The notes below the pieces were generated by a model that saw only the letters and a list, made by a program, of their open reading frames with translations, searched no databases and was not told where the DNA came from. Source: SAR86 cluster bacterium (GTDB taxonomy: Bacteria > Pseudomonadota > Gammaproteobacteria > Magnimaribacterales > TMED112). From it: DNA of 64,000 bases. Below, piece after piece: positions 8,617 through 16,769 of this stretch. The number at the start of each line of letters is the position of its first letter. Positions within the stretch are counted from its first letter, which is position 1. The DNA lies in NCBI GenBank assembly GCA_023703535.1, contig CP097967.1, positions 691,208 to 755,207 of the forward strand, given 5' to 3'. The translations under genes and the position numbers were made by a program.

Positions 8617-10283
8617 CAAAATTCGATTACATAATTGTTGGCGGCGGTTCAGCAGGTTGTGTCTTAGCCAATAGATTAACGGAAGACAAAGCAACTAATG
8701 TTTGTCTGATTGAAACTGGCCCGAAAGATAAAAATCCTTTAATTCATATACCTGCAATGTATGCATTTCTAAGAGGAGCAAATCTAATTTATGAGTACGA
8801 TACAGTTCCACAGAAAAATTTTAGTGATGTTACATTAGCTGAAGGGCCTGCAAAAATTTCAGATACATTTGGAAGAACTTACTCAGTTCCCCAAAGTTAT
8901 GAAGAAAAGAGAAAAGGCTACCAACCTAGAGGTAAAGTTCTAGGTGGCTCAAGCTCAGTTAATGGCATGCTTTATGTTAGAGGGCACAAATGGGACTACG
9001 ATCATTGGGCTGAATTAGGTAATGAAGGATGGTCTTTTAAAGATGTGCTTCCATATTTTAAGAAATCTGAAAATAATGAAGTTTTTTCAGATGATTTGCA
9101 TGGCCAAGGAGGACCGTTGAATGTTGCCGCTCAAAGACATGATAATCCATTCACAAGGTTTTTCGTTGAGGCAGGCTCAAAAGTACATAAATTAAATGAT
9201 GACTTCAATGGTGATGATCAAGAAGGTGTTGGAATATATCAAGTAACCCAAAAAAATGGTCTTAGATGCAGTAGTGCTGTAGCCTATCTAAACCCAATAA
9301 AAGATAGAGAAAACTTGACCATATTTACAGATACTATTGTTGAAAAAGTTGAATTTGAAAAATTAAGAGCAAAATCAGTTAAATGTATAAGTAAGGACAA
9401 ATATTTTTCTTTAGAGGCAAATAAGGAGATCATTCTATGTGGTGGAGCTTATGGTTCCCCTACCCTTTTGATGAGATCTGGAATTGGTGACAAAGATTTT
9501 TTAGCATCAAGACATATAGAGTGTCTTGTAGATTTAAAAGGAGTTGGTGAAAACCTACAAGATCATCTTGACTATATTACAACGCATCGAGTTGATGACT
9601 GGGAGCTTTTAGGTAGTTTCTTCAAATCATTAAAGTTTACTTTTAGAGCACCTATAGAATTTATGAAATTAATTTTTCAGAGGAATGGGATGTTTACTTC
9701 GCCGTTAGCTGAAGGAGGTGCTTTTATTAAATCTTCAAAAGATAAGGAAATTCCAGACATTCAATTACATTTTGTAGTAGCTATGGTTGAAGATCATGGG
9801 CGCCAAGACCTATGGGGAAATGGCTTTAGCTGCCATATGTGTCTTTTAAGACCTGAATCAAGAGGAACTGTAAAAATTGCAAGCAAAGACCCATTCGAAG
9901 ATCCTTTAATAGATCCCAACTACCTTTCGGTCCAATCCGATATTGACACAATGGTTGATGGATATAAAAGAATGATGGAAATTATGAATAGTGAGCCGTT
10001 GAGTAATTATAAAAATATCAGAAACCCAATAGACATAAATAATGATCAAGCGATAGTCAATGCACTAAGAGAAAGATCAGATACAATATACCATCCTGTA
10101 GGTACGTGTAAGATGGGCAATGATGAAATGGCTGTAGTGGATAGTGAGCTCAGAGTAAAAGGCGTTGAAAATCTTAGGGTTGTTGATGCCTCTATTATGC
10201 CGACGCTTGTAGGTGGAAATACAAATGCTCCTTCAATGATGATTGGTGAAAAAGCAGCTGATATGATAAGGAACTCAAAATGA
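8613..10283 (+). CDS. GMC-family FAD oxidoreductase (choline/alcohol dehydrogenase, AlkJ/BetA-like)
   Basis: 556 aa. N-terminal FAD fold DYIIVGGGSAGCVLANRLTED, GMC signature GKVLGGSSSVNGMLYVRG, and C-terminal HPVGTCKMG..VVDASIMP. Confidence 0.9.
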   Translation: MTKFDYIIVGGGSAGCVLANRLTEDKATNVCLIETGPKDKNPLIHIPAMYAFLRGANLIYEYDTVPQKNFSDVTLAEGPAKISDTFGRTYSVPQSYEEKRKGYQPRGKVLGGSSSVNGMLYVRGHKWDYDHWAELGNEGWSFKDVLPYFKKSENNEVFSDDLHGQGGPLNVAAQRHDNPFTRFFVEAGSKVHKLNDDFNGDDQEGVGIYQVTQKNGLRCSSAVAYLNPIKDRENLTIFTDTIVEKVEFEKLRAKSVKCISKDKYFSLEANKEIILCGGAYGSPTLLMRSGIGDKDFLASRHIECLVDLKGVGENLQDHLDYITTHRVDDWELLGSFFKSLKFTFRAPIEFMKLIFQRNGMFTSPLAEGGAFIKSSKDKEIPDIQLHFVVAMVEDHGRQDLWGNGFSCHMCLLRPESRGTVKIASKDPFEDPLIDPNYLSVQSDIDTMVDGYKRMMEIMNSEPLSNYKNIRNPIDINNDQAIVNALRERSDTIYHPVGTCKMGNDEMAVVDSELRVKGVENLRVVDASIMPTLVGGNTNAPSMMIGEKAADMIRNSK

Positions 10284-10975
10284 CTGCACAGGCATTAAAT
10301 TTACTAGACACATCTCATATCCTCACATTTATTTTTTGCATTTTTGTTATAGTTTTTCTACCAAGACTCTTCATAGGTTCAAGTGAGAGGACAATCAAGA
10401 TTTTACGCTATACACTTGCTTTTCTTATGATTTCTCATGAGATTTTCGATCCATTTTTTAAAGTTGAAGTCAGAAATTACGCAATGGTAGATGCGCTTCC
10501 ACTCCATATGTGTGCTTTTTCAACTTGGTGTATATCTATTTATCTTTTAGGTGGTCCTAGAATATTTTTCTTATTTGCATATTTTTGGGGAATAGTTGGT
10601 GCTGGGATGTCTTTATTAACTCCAGACACTGCACTTGGCTTCCCATCTCTTGAATATCTAAATCATATGTATGGACATTTGCTTATAATTTTGGGGGTAT
10701 CTGTAGCAATGGTCTTAATGGATCAAAGACCCTACTTTAAAGACTTTCTCAAAATAATGACTTACACAACTTTTGTTTTCTTGCCATTGATGTATGTACT
10801 AAATTTTGCTCTAGAAACTAATTATTGGTACATTTTAGAAAAGCCTAGTGGGGACAATATTACAAGCTTTATGCCAGATGCTCCCTATCATATCTTTGCA
10901 CTAATACCTGCTGCTTGGTTTTTCACTTATTTGGTGTATGTTCCGTATCATTTAAAGGATAGGAGAGCAAATTAG
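10280..10975 (+). CDS. polytopic membrane protein, TIGR02206 / YwaF / TMEM164-like (paralog 2)
   Basis: 231 aa sharing LPLHMCAFS, YGHLLIILGV, NYWY..KPSGD and FMPDAPYHI with the 7906-8616 product. Overlaps the GMC gene stop by 4 nt. Confidence 0.65.
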   Translation: MTAQALNLLDTSHILTFIFCIFVIVFLPRLFIGSSERTIKILRYTLAFLMISHEIFDPFFKVEVRNYAMVDALPLHMCAFSTWCISIYLLGGPRIFFLFAYFWGIVGAGMSLLTPDTALGFPSLEYLNHMYGHLLIILGVSVAMVLMDQRPYFKDFLKIMTYTTFVFLPLMYVLNFALETNYWYILEKPSGDNITSFMPDAPYHIFALIPAAWFFTYLVYVPYHLKDRRAN

Positions 10976-11663
10976 CATTTTAGAAGTTCACTTTCATTCA
11001 GTAACTTCAACTAACGAAATTTGTTTAGAAAAATTAGAAGAAAAAAAATATTCTTCAGTTCTCATTTCCAGTAATTCACAAACAAATGGAAGAGGAAGAA
11101 ATCAGAATAAGTGGCATAGCAAAGAAGGTAATATTTATTTTTCATTTGGTTTCATAAAAGATAATCTTTCAGAGAAAATACCTCTTAAAACAGCAGTAGT
11201 AGTTAGCGATGCAATAAAAGATTTCTTTGGTATTGATATTCAACTAAAGTGGCCTAATGATTTGGTGTACAAGAATAAAAAAATTGGTGGAATTTTAGTT
11301 GAGTCAGTTAATAGCGATGGCAAATTTTTTGTCGTAATTGGGGTAGGAATAAATCTAAAACTGGATGCACTAGAAGCTCACTGGGGAGATCTAAATCTGA
11401 CAATAAATGAAAAGGAAAGATTAAAATTTATTAAATTTGTTTTTAAAAGGTTATCGAAAATTAATGAGGATAATTTTCTTAGCGACTGGAAAGAAAGGTG
11501 GGAGAAAAAATGCTTCCATATGAATCAAGAGATACTAATCTTGCCTGATGAAAAAAAAGGTGTTTTTTTATGCATCGACACCTCAGGAAGAATGATTGTT
11601 CAGTTAGATAAGGAAAAGAAAGTTTTCAGCAGCTCGGAAGTTAAAATAAGAAATGCTTATTAG
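10971..11663 (+). CDS. birA: biotin--[acetyl-CoA-carboxylase] ligase (group I BirA, no HTH domain); start codon non-canonical or uncertain
   Basis: The track gives only 11262-11663 (TTG start). The same frame is open from 10956 and hand-translates to ISILEVHFHSVTSTNEICLEKL..SQTNGRGRNQNKWHSKEGNIYFSF..KWPNDLVYKNKKIGGILVE, i.e. the conserved BirA N-terminal and GRGRxxxxW motifs. Confidence 0.8.
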   Translation: MSILEVHFHSVTSTNEICLEKLEEKKYSSVLISSNSQTNGRGRNQNKWHSKEGNIYFSFGFIKDNLSEKIPLKTAVVVSDAIKDFFGIDIQLKWPNDLVYKNKKIGGILVESVNSDGKFFVVIGVGINLKLDALEAHWGDLNLTINEKERLKFIKFVFKRLSKINEDNFLSDWKERWEKKCFHMNQEILILPDEKKGVFLCIDTSGRMIVQLDKEKKVFSSSEVKIRNAY

Positions 11664-11678
11664 TTAACAAGCATTTCT
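11649..11678. terminator. 10-bp perfect hairpin between convergent genes (AGAAATGCTT N10 AAGCATTTCT)
   Basis: Exact inverted repeat enclosing the birA stop codon in its loop. It is the only convergent junction in the window with an intergenic gap. Flanking U-tracts are weak. Confidence 0.4.
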
Positions 11679-11686
11679 CATATTAA

Positions 11687-12418
11687 TTAATTCCAATTAG
11701 AAAAAATAAATTCTTCATAGAAGCTATTTTGCCCACTACATTTGGCAATCCTCTCAAATCTCTTTGAGTTTTCAGGGTATTTTGAAGAAAAATCTACATA
11801 TTGCTGTGCCATTGTTGCTCTGGATTCGAATGAGTCCCAGTGAAATACCTGAATAAAATCAAATTCAAATTCATCTTCCCAGCCAAGATATGGAAAAAGA
11901 TAATGATGCCTCCATCCTTTAAACCCATATTGAATGAGTTCAGATTCATTAAGTTTGGCGGCAGAAAATAGCTTTTCACTGTTGCCAGAGGCTGTAAATT
12001 TACATGCAGCAAACTGAACAGGTTTTTTCTCATCTTTTTTTTCAGATGAGATTTCACTTTTGCCAACTAAAAAGTTATATACAGCTCGCCACTTATTGCA
12101 GTCTGCTGCATCATCTGGTTTTTCGTAGTCATTTAAGTATGACCCCCACTCTTCATACATGGACTGCCCATCTGGCCAACTTCCCCACAGAACATAATCA
12201 TATTCAAATTCCCCTGCATGCATTGGAGCTAAAAATGATTGCTCATATTGCGAACCAACACTTTCCACAAACTCTCCGTATTTACTTGCAATATTTTTTG
12301 CATCATCAATCGAATTTCCCTCTTTTAAATTACACCAGGCAAATTCTGAACGGTATTGTTCCTCTTGCGAGAAAGAAAAAAATGAAATAAATAAAAGTAT
12401 TAAAATTTTCATAAGCAC
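11687..12418 (-). CDS. secreted protein of unknown function (apparent internal two-domain duplication)
   Basis: 243 aa with a signal peptide MLMKILILLFISFFSFSQ. It is rich in W/E/F/Y and I recognise no family motif. Confidence 0.6.
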   Translation of the reverse strand: MLMKILILLFISFFSFSQEEQYRSEFAWCNLKEGNSIDDAKNIASKYGEFVESVGSQYEQSFLAPMHAGEFEYDYVLWGSWPDGQSMYEEWGSYLNDYEKPDDAADCNKWRAVYNFLVGKSEISSEKKDEKKPVQFAACKFTASGNSEKLFSAAKLNESELIQYGFKGWRHHYLFPYLGWEDEFEFDFIQVFHWDSFESRATMAQQYVDFSSKYPENSKRFERIAKCSGQNSFYEEFIFSNWN

Positions 12419-12485
12419 TCCTTCTACAAACTTATCATAAATTTCTTAAAATAATTTTTTTTATCTCAAATAGTATAATTAAACT

Positions 12486-13103
12486 GTGATAAAGATTTAT
12501 GCCACAGAAAATTCAAGATCAGTAAGGCCAATTTGGACAGCAGAAGAACTTGGTATTGATTATGAACTTGAAATGATGCCATTCCCTCCAAGGGTTTTTA
12601 AAAAAGAGTATCTTGATGTGAATATGCTGGGTACTGTTCCATATCTGATTGATGGAGATATAAAAATGACTGAATCTGTTGCAATGTGCCAATATCTTAT
12701 AGAAAAGTTTGGACCTTCAGATTTACAGGTAATGCCAAATGAAGCTGATTATCCAAACTATTTAAATTGGCTTTTTCATGCTGATGCCACACTTACTTTT
12801 CCGCAAACTGTAGTACTAAGATATAAATTTCAAGAACCTGGTGTTGCCGATGGTGCAATTGAAGGTTATAGCAGGTGGTTCGTTTCACGCCTAAAGCTTC
12901 TAGAAAGTAGTTTGGCTGATAGAGAATTTCTTTGCTCAAATCGCTTCACAATAGCAGATATATGTGTAAGTTACGCAATAAATTTAGCAGAAGCTCTTGG
13001 CATTGAACAAGCAATGAAACCAAATATAAAGCGTTGGACAAAAAATTTATTTAAAAGAGAGGCTTTTCTGAAAGCTAAATCTTTAAAATTTGAAGAATCT
13101 TAG
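12486..13103 (+). CDS. glutathione S-transferase
   Basis: 205 aa, GTG start. N-terminal thioredoxin-like GST fold (SVRPIWTAEELGIDYEL, GTVPYLIDGDIKMTESVAMCQYL) followed by a helical C-domain. Confidence 0.85.
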   Translation: MIKIYATENSRSVRPIWTAEELGIDYELEMMPFPPRVFKKEYLDVNMLGTVPYLIDGDIKMTESVAMCQYLIEKFGPSDLQVMPNEADYPNYLNWLFHADATLTFPQTVVLRYKFQEPGVADGAIEGYSRWFVSRLKLLESSLADREFLCSNRFTIADICVSYAINLAEALGIEQAMKPNIKRWTKNLFKREAFLKAKSLKFEES

Positions 13104-15037
13104 TGATGGGAAGAATAGGTAAATATATTTCCTACCTATTAATTATCCCAATACTTTTGTGGGCTTTTAATATTTATTTTAAGCCAATAAGTCATGCTAA
13201 AGTTTTATTGAACTCAAGTGGTGAAGTGAATAAAAAATTAAAAGATAACTTCTCATACAGAGATCTTAATAAAAATGGGAAGCTTGATATTTATGAAGAC
13301 TCAAGACAGCCTGTTCACTTGAGGGTTGATGATTTGCTTTCTCAAATGACTTTAGAAGAGAAAGTTGGTCAAATGTTTCATCCCCCAGTTCTTATTAAAG
13401 CCGATCCTATCTTTAAATCTTTTTTAGATGCTATGCGTGGTGGTGTTTCAGTAGAGGAATTTATTTCTTTGAAACATATATCTCACTTTAATTTTTATGG
13501 GAATGCTTCCCCAATTGATATTGCAAAAAAGCTAAATCAACTACAAAAAGTTGCAGAAAAAAGTAGGCTTGGCATTCCAGTAACCTTTAGCACTGATCCT
13601 CTTCATGAAGTTCCGCGTGGAGGTGGCATAGCATCATTTTCATTAGAAGGAATATCGAAATGGCCATCACAACTTGGATTTGCAGCTACAAGAGATGCAG
13701 ATTTAATTTTTAAATTTGGCTAAATTGCTTCAGCTGAATATCGTGCAATGGGTTTTAGAACTGCACTTCATCCAATGGCTGATTTAGCTACGGAACCAAG
13801 ATGGGCTAGAAATTTTGGAACCTTTGGATCTAATGCTGATCTTTCTTCTGAGATGACGGTGGCCTATATAAAGGGGTTTCAGGGTGAAGAGATAAATGAA
13901 AAGAGTGTTCACACTATGGTCAAACATTTCCCTGGTGGAGGACCACAAGAAGGAGGGCTTGATCCTCATTTAAAATCTGGGGAGAATCAAATTTATCCGG
14001 GAAATAACTTTAATTATCATTTGAAACCTTTCCAAGCTTCAATTGATGAAGGAATAAAGGTAATAATGCCTTATTACGGAATACCTAAAGGACAAACAGA
14101 TGAAGATGTAGCAATGGCATTCAATAAATATATCCTTACCGAATTATTAAGAAAGCAAATGAACTTTAGTGGTGTAATTTGTACTGACTGGGGTGTTATA
14201 GAAGAAAGGCATTGGGGTGTTGATGATCTTTCAATAAGTCAAAGATATGAGAAATCAATCAATGCAGGAGTTGATCAGTATGGTGGTGAAGATAAACCAG
14301 AATATATTATTGATCTTGTTCAAAAACAAAGAATCTCAGAAAAAAGAATAGATGAATCTGTTAGACGAATCCTTACAAATAAATTTGAATTAGGTTTATT
14401 TGAAAATCCGTTTGTTAAAGAAAGTTTAGTCTCTGAACTTGTAAATAAAAAATCTTATATCGAGGAAGGTCTTGATGCACAAAGAAAATCTATAGTGTTG
14501 CTTTCAAACAAAGATAACACTCTTCCACTATCTAAAGATTTAAATATTTTTGTCGATGGAATGAGTAAAACTGAAGCATCAAAGTTCGGTAAAATTGTTA
14601 ATGACCCAAAAGATGCGGACTATATACTTCTTTTCCTCAATACTGTATTTAATGGAAATCAGCCATCTGGAATTGATAGAGTCCAAGATAATTTTCTAAG
14701 TAAAATGTTTCCAAATATGGATCTTAATTATGATGATGAAATAAATTCAAGAATTGAAGATTATTCAAAAAAGTCAAAGTTAATCATTATTTCAGATTTA
14801 AATAGACCGGCTATTTTGACAACAGCTGTAGAGAAAAGCATGAGTCTTATTGGTACGTTTGGCGTCCAAGATAAAGTTATTTTTGAAACTATCTTTGGAG
14901 ATAATAACCCGTTAGGACAACTACCTTTTGAAATTCCCTCTTCAATGGAAGAGGTTAAGAGTCAAAATTCTGATGTCGCAGATGATACAAAATCACCAAT
15001 CTTTAAATATGGACATGGTCTGAGTTATCCTGATTAA
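13103..15037 (+). pseudogene. glycoside hydrolase family 3 (BglX-like beta-glucosidase) interrupted by one in-frame TAA (13721-13723)
   Basis: ORFs 13103-13723 and 13748-15037 are in the same frame. Reading through gives ..DLIFKFG*IASAEYRAMGFRTALHPMADLATEPRWARNFGTFG, a continuous GH3 barrel. The nucleophile region GVICTDWG lies in the second piece. Confidence 0.8.
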
Positions 15038-15125
15038 ATCATAGCAATTATTTTTATTATATTATGCGAAGTTTTATAAATTTTTTTTCTTAATTTTTAA
15101 AAAATTTATTATATAATTTTCCTAA

Positions 15126-16769
15126 ATGTATAAAAATATCGCTCCAATTCTTAAGTCATTTATTGATAAAAAATCGAATTCTTTTATCAATAATAAAGAA
15201 ATGATGCTCCAGAAAATTGAGAAGCTTAATTCTCTATTAAGTGAAGCAGAGTTAGGTGGTGGTCAATATCATCTCGATAGATTAGCAAAACAAGGAAAGC
15301 TTCCAGTAAGGAAAAGGATAAAGCTTTTATTAGACCCTGACACACCTTTTCTTGAAATATCCCCTTTTGCTGCTCATGGTACAAGTTATACAGTTGGTGG
15401 TGGCTGTGTAGTTGGAGTTGGACTTGTTGCAGGTAAAGAATGTGTTATTTTCGCAAATGATCCATCAGTTTTAGGTGGTGCGATGACAGTGTATGTCCAA
15501 GAAAAATGGATGAGAGCAATTCAAATTTCTCGTGATAATAAAATTCCATTCATTAATTTTGTCGAGTCTGCTGGTGCTGATCTTAGAGGTGCCCAAGGTG
15601 GTGCAACAGAAACAAGACAACTTCAATATCCACATTTTGCCTCATCAGGGAGGTCTTTCTATGAAATGACAGAGTTATCAAAGTTAAAAATTCCAGTAAT
15701 TTCTGTAGTCTTTGGTTCTTCAACTGCAGGAGGAGCATATCAACCAGGCATGTCCGATTACAATATTTTTATAAGAAACCAATCTAAGGCTTTTCTAGCT
15801 GGCCCTCCTCTAGTTCAAATGGCTACCGGAGAAATTTCAGATGATGAAACGCTTGGTGGGGCAAAAATGCATTCTGAAATATCTGGTTTCTCTGACTATT
15901 TAGCAGAGAATGATAGCGATGCGATTAGGATTTGTAGAAATGTTGTTAATCATCTAAATATTTATAAAAAATCAAACTTCTCCTTAAAAACATCGTTTGA
16001 GCCTGCTTATGACTCAGAGGATCTTTTAGGTTTATTCAGCGATGATTTAAAAACTCAAGTTGATATTCGTGAAGTAATTATGAGAATTGTTGATGAATCA
16101 AGATTTGAGGAATATAAACCTCTTTATGACAGCTCTATGGTTTGTGGTTGGGCAAATGTCTTTGGTTATCCTATAGGTATTTTAGGAAATAATGGTCCTA
16201 TATATCCTCAAACAGCTGAAAAATCAGCAACATTCATTCAACTTTGCAACCAAACTAATACTCCTATTGTTTTTCTACACAACGTTACAGGGTTTCTTGT
16301 TGGCAAAGAGTTCGAGAGACAAGCAATTATAAAAAAAGGTTCTCAACTCATTAACGCAGTATCTAATTCAAATGTTCCTCATATAAGCTTCATTATTGGT
16401 GCTTCATATGGTGCAGGAACATATGCTATGTCAGGCAGAGCATTTAATAATAGATTTTTGTTCACATGGCCATCAGCAAAAATAGCTGTAATGGGGCCTA
16501 AACAATTTGCAGGTGTGATGTCTTTAGTAAGAAGAGCAAAGGCAAAAAGAAAGGGTGAAAAGTTTGATGAAAAACTAGATAAACAGCTCGTTGAAATGGT
16601 TGAAACATTAGCTGAAAAAGAATCTTTAGCTCTTTCAGCCAGCAGCATGGTAACTGATGATGGAATTATTGATCCAAGAGATACTAGAAATGTTTTAGGA
16701 TTTTCTCTTTCAATCTCAGACAATAATTTAATCAAAGGCGCTGATGGGTATGGAGTTTTTAGACTATGA
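15126..16769 (+). CDS. acyl-CoA carboxylase carboxyltransferase (beta) subunit, methylcrotonyl/geranyl-CoA carboxylase type
   Basis: 547 aa with MccB/AtuC-like sequence: QGKLPVRKRIKLLLDPDTPFLE, VFANDPSVLGGAM, tandem crotonase-like CT domains. Confidence 0.9.
   Translation: MYKNIAPILKSFIDKKSNSFINNKEMMLQKIEKLNSLLSEAELGGGQYHLDRLAKQGKLPVRKRIKLLLDPDTPFLEISPFAAHGTSYTVGGGCVVGVGLVAGKECVIFANDPSVLGGAMTVYVQEKWMRAIQISRDNKIPFINFVESAGADLRGAQGGATETRQLQYPHFASSGRSFYEMTELSKLKIPVISVVFGSSTAGGAYQPGMSDYNIFIRNQSKAFLAGPPLVQMATGEISDDETLGGAKMHSEISGFSDYLAENDSDAIRICRNVVNHLNIYKKSNFSLKTSFEPAYDSEDLLGLFSDDLKTQVDIREVIMRIVDESRFEEYKPLYDSSMVCGWANVFGYPIGILGNNGPIYPQTAEKSATFIQLCNQTNTPIVFLHNVTGFLVGKEFERQAIIKKGSQLINAVSNSNVPHISFIIGASYGAGTYAMSGRAFNNRFLFTWPSAKIAVMGPKQFAGVMSLVRRAKAKRKGEKFDEKLDKQLVEMVETLAEKESLALSASSMVTDDGIIDPRDTRNVLGFSLSISDNNLIKGADGYGVFRL

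Noticed and set aside
13721-13723. Reassigned TAA (alternative genetic code) as the explanation for the in-frame stop in the GH3 gene.
   Set aside because: TAA terminates many well-conserved genes in this window at the expected protein ends (e.g. ibpA, the NMO gene, the MFS gene), so the standard code applies.
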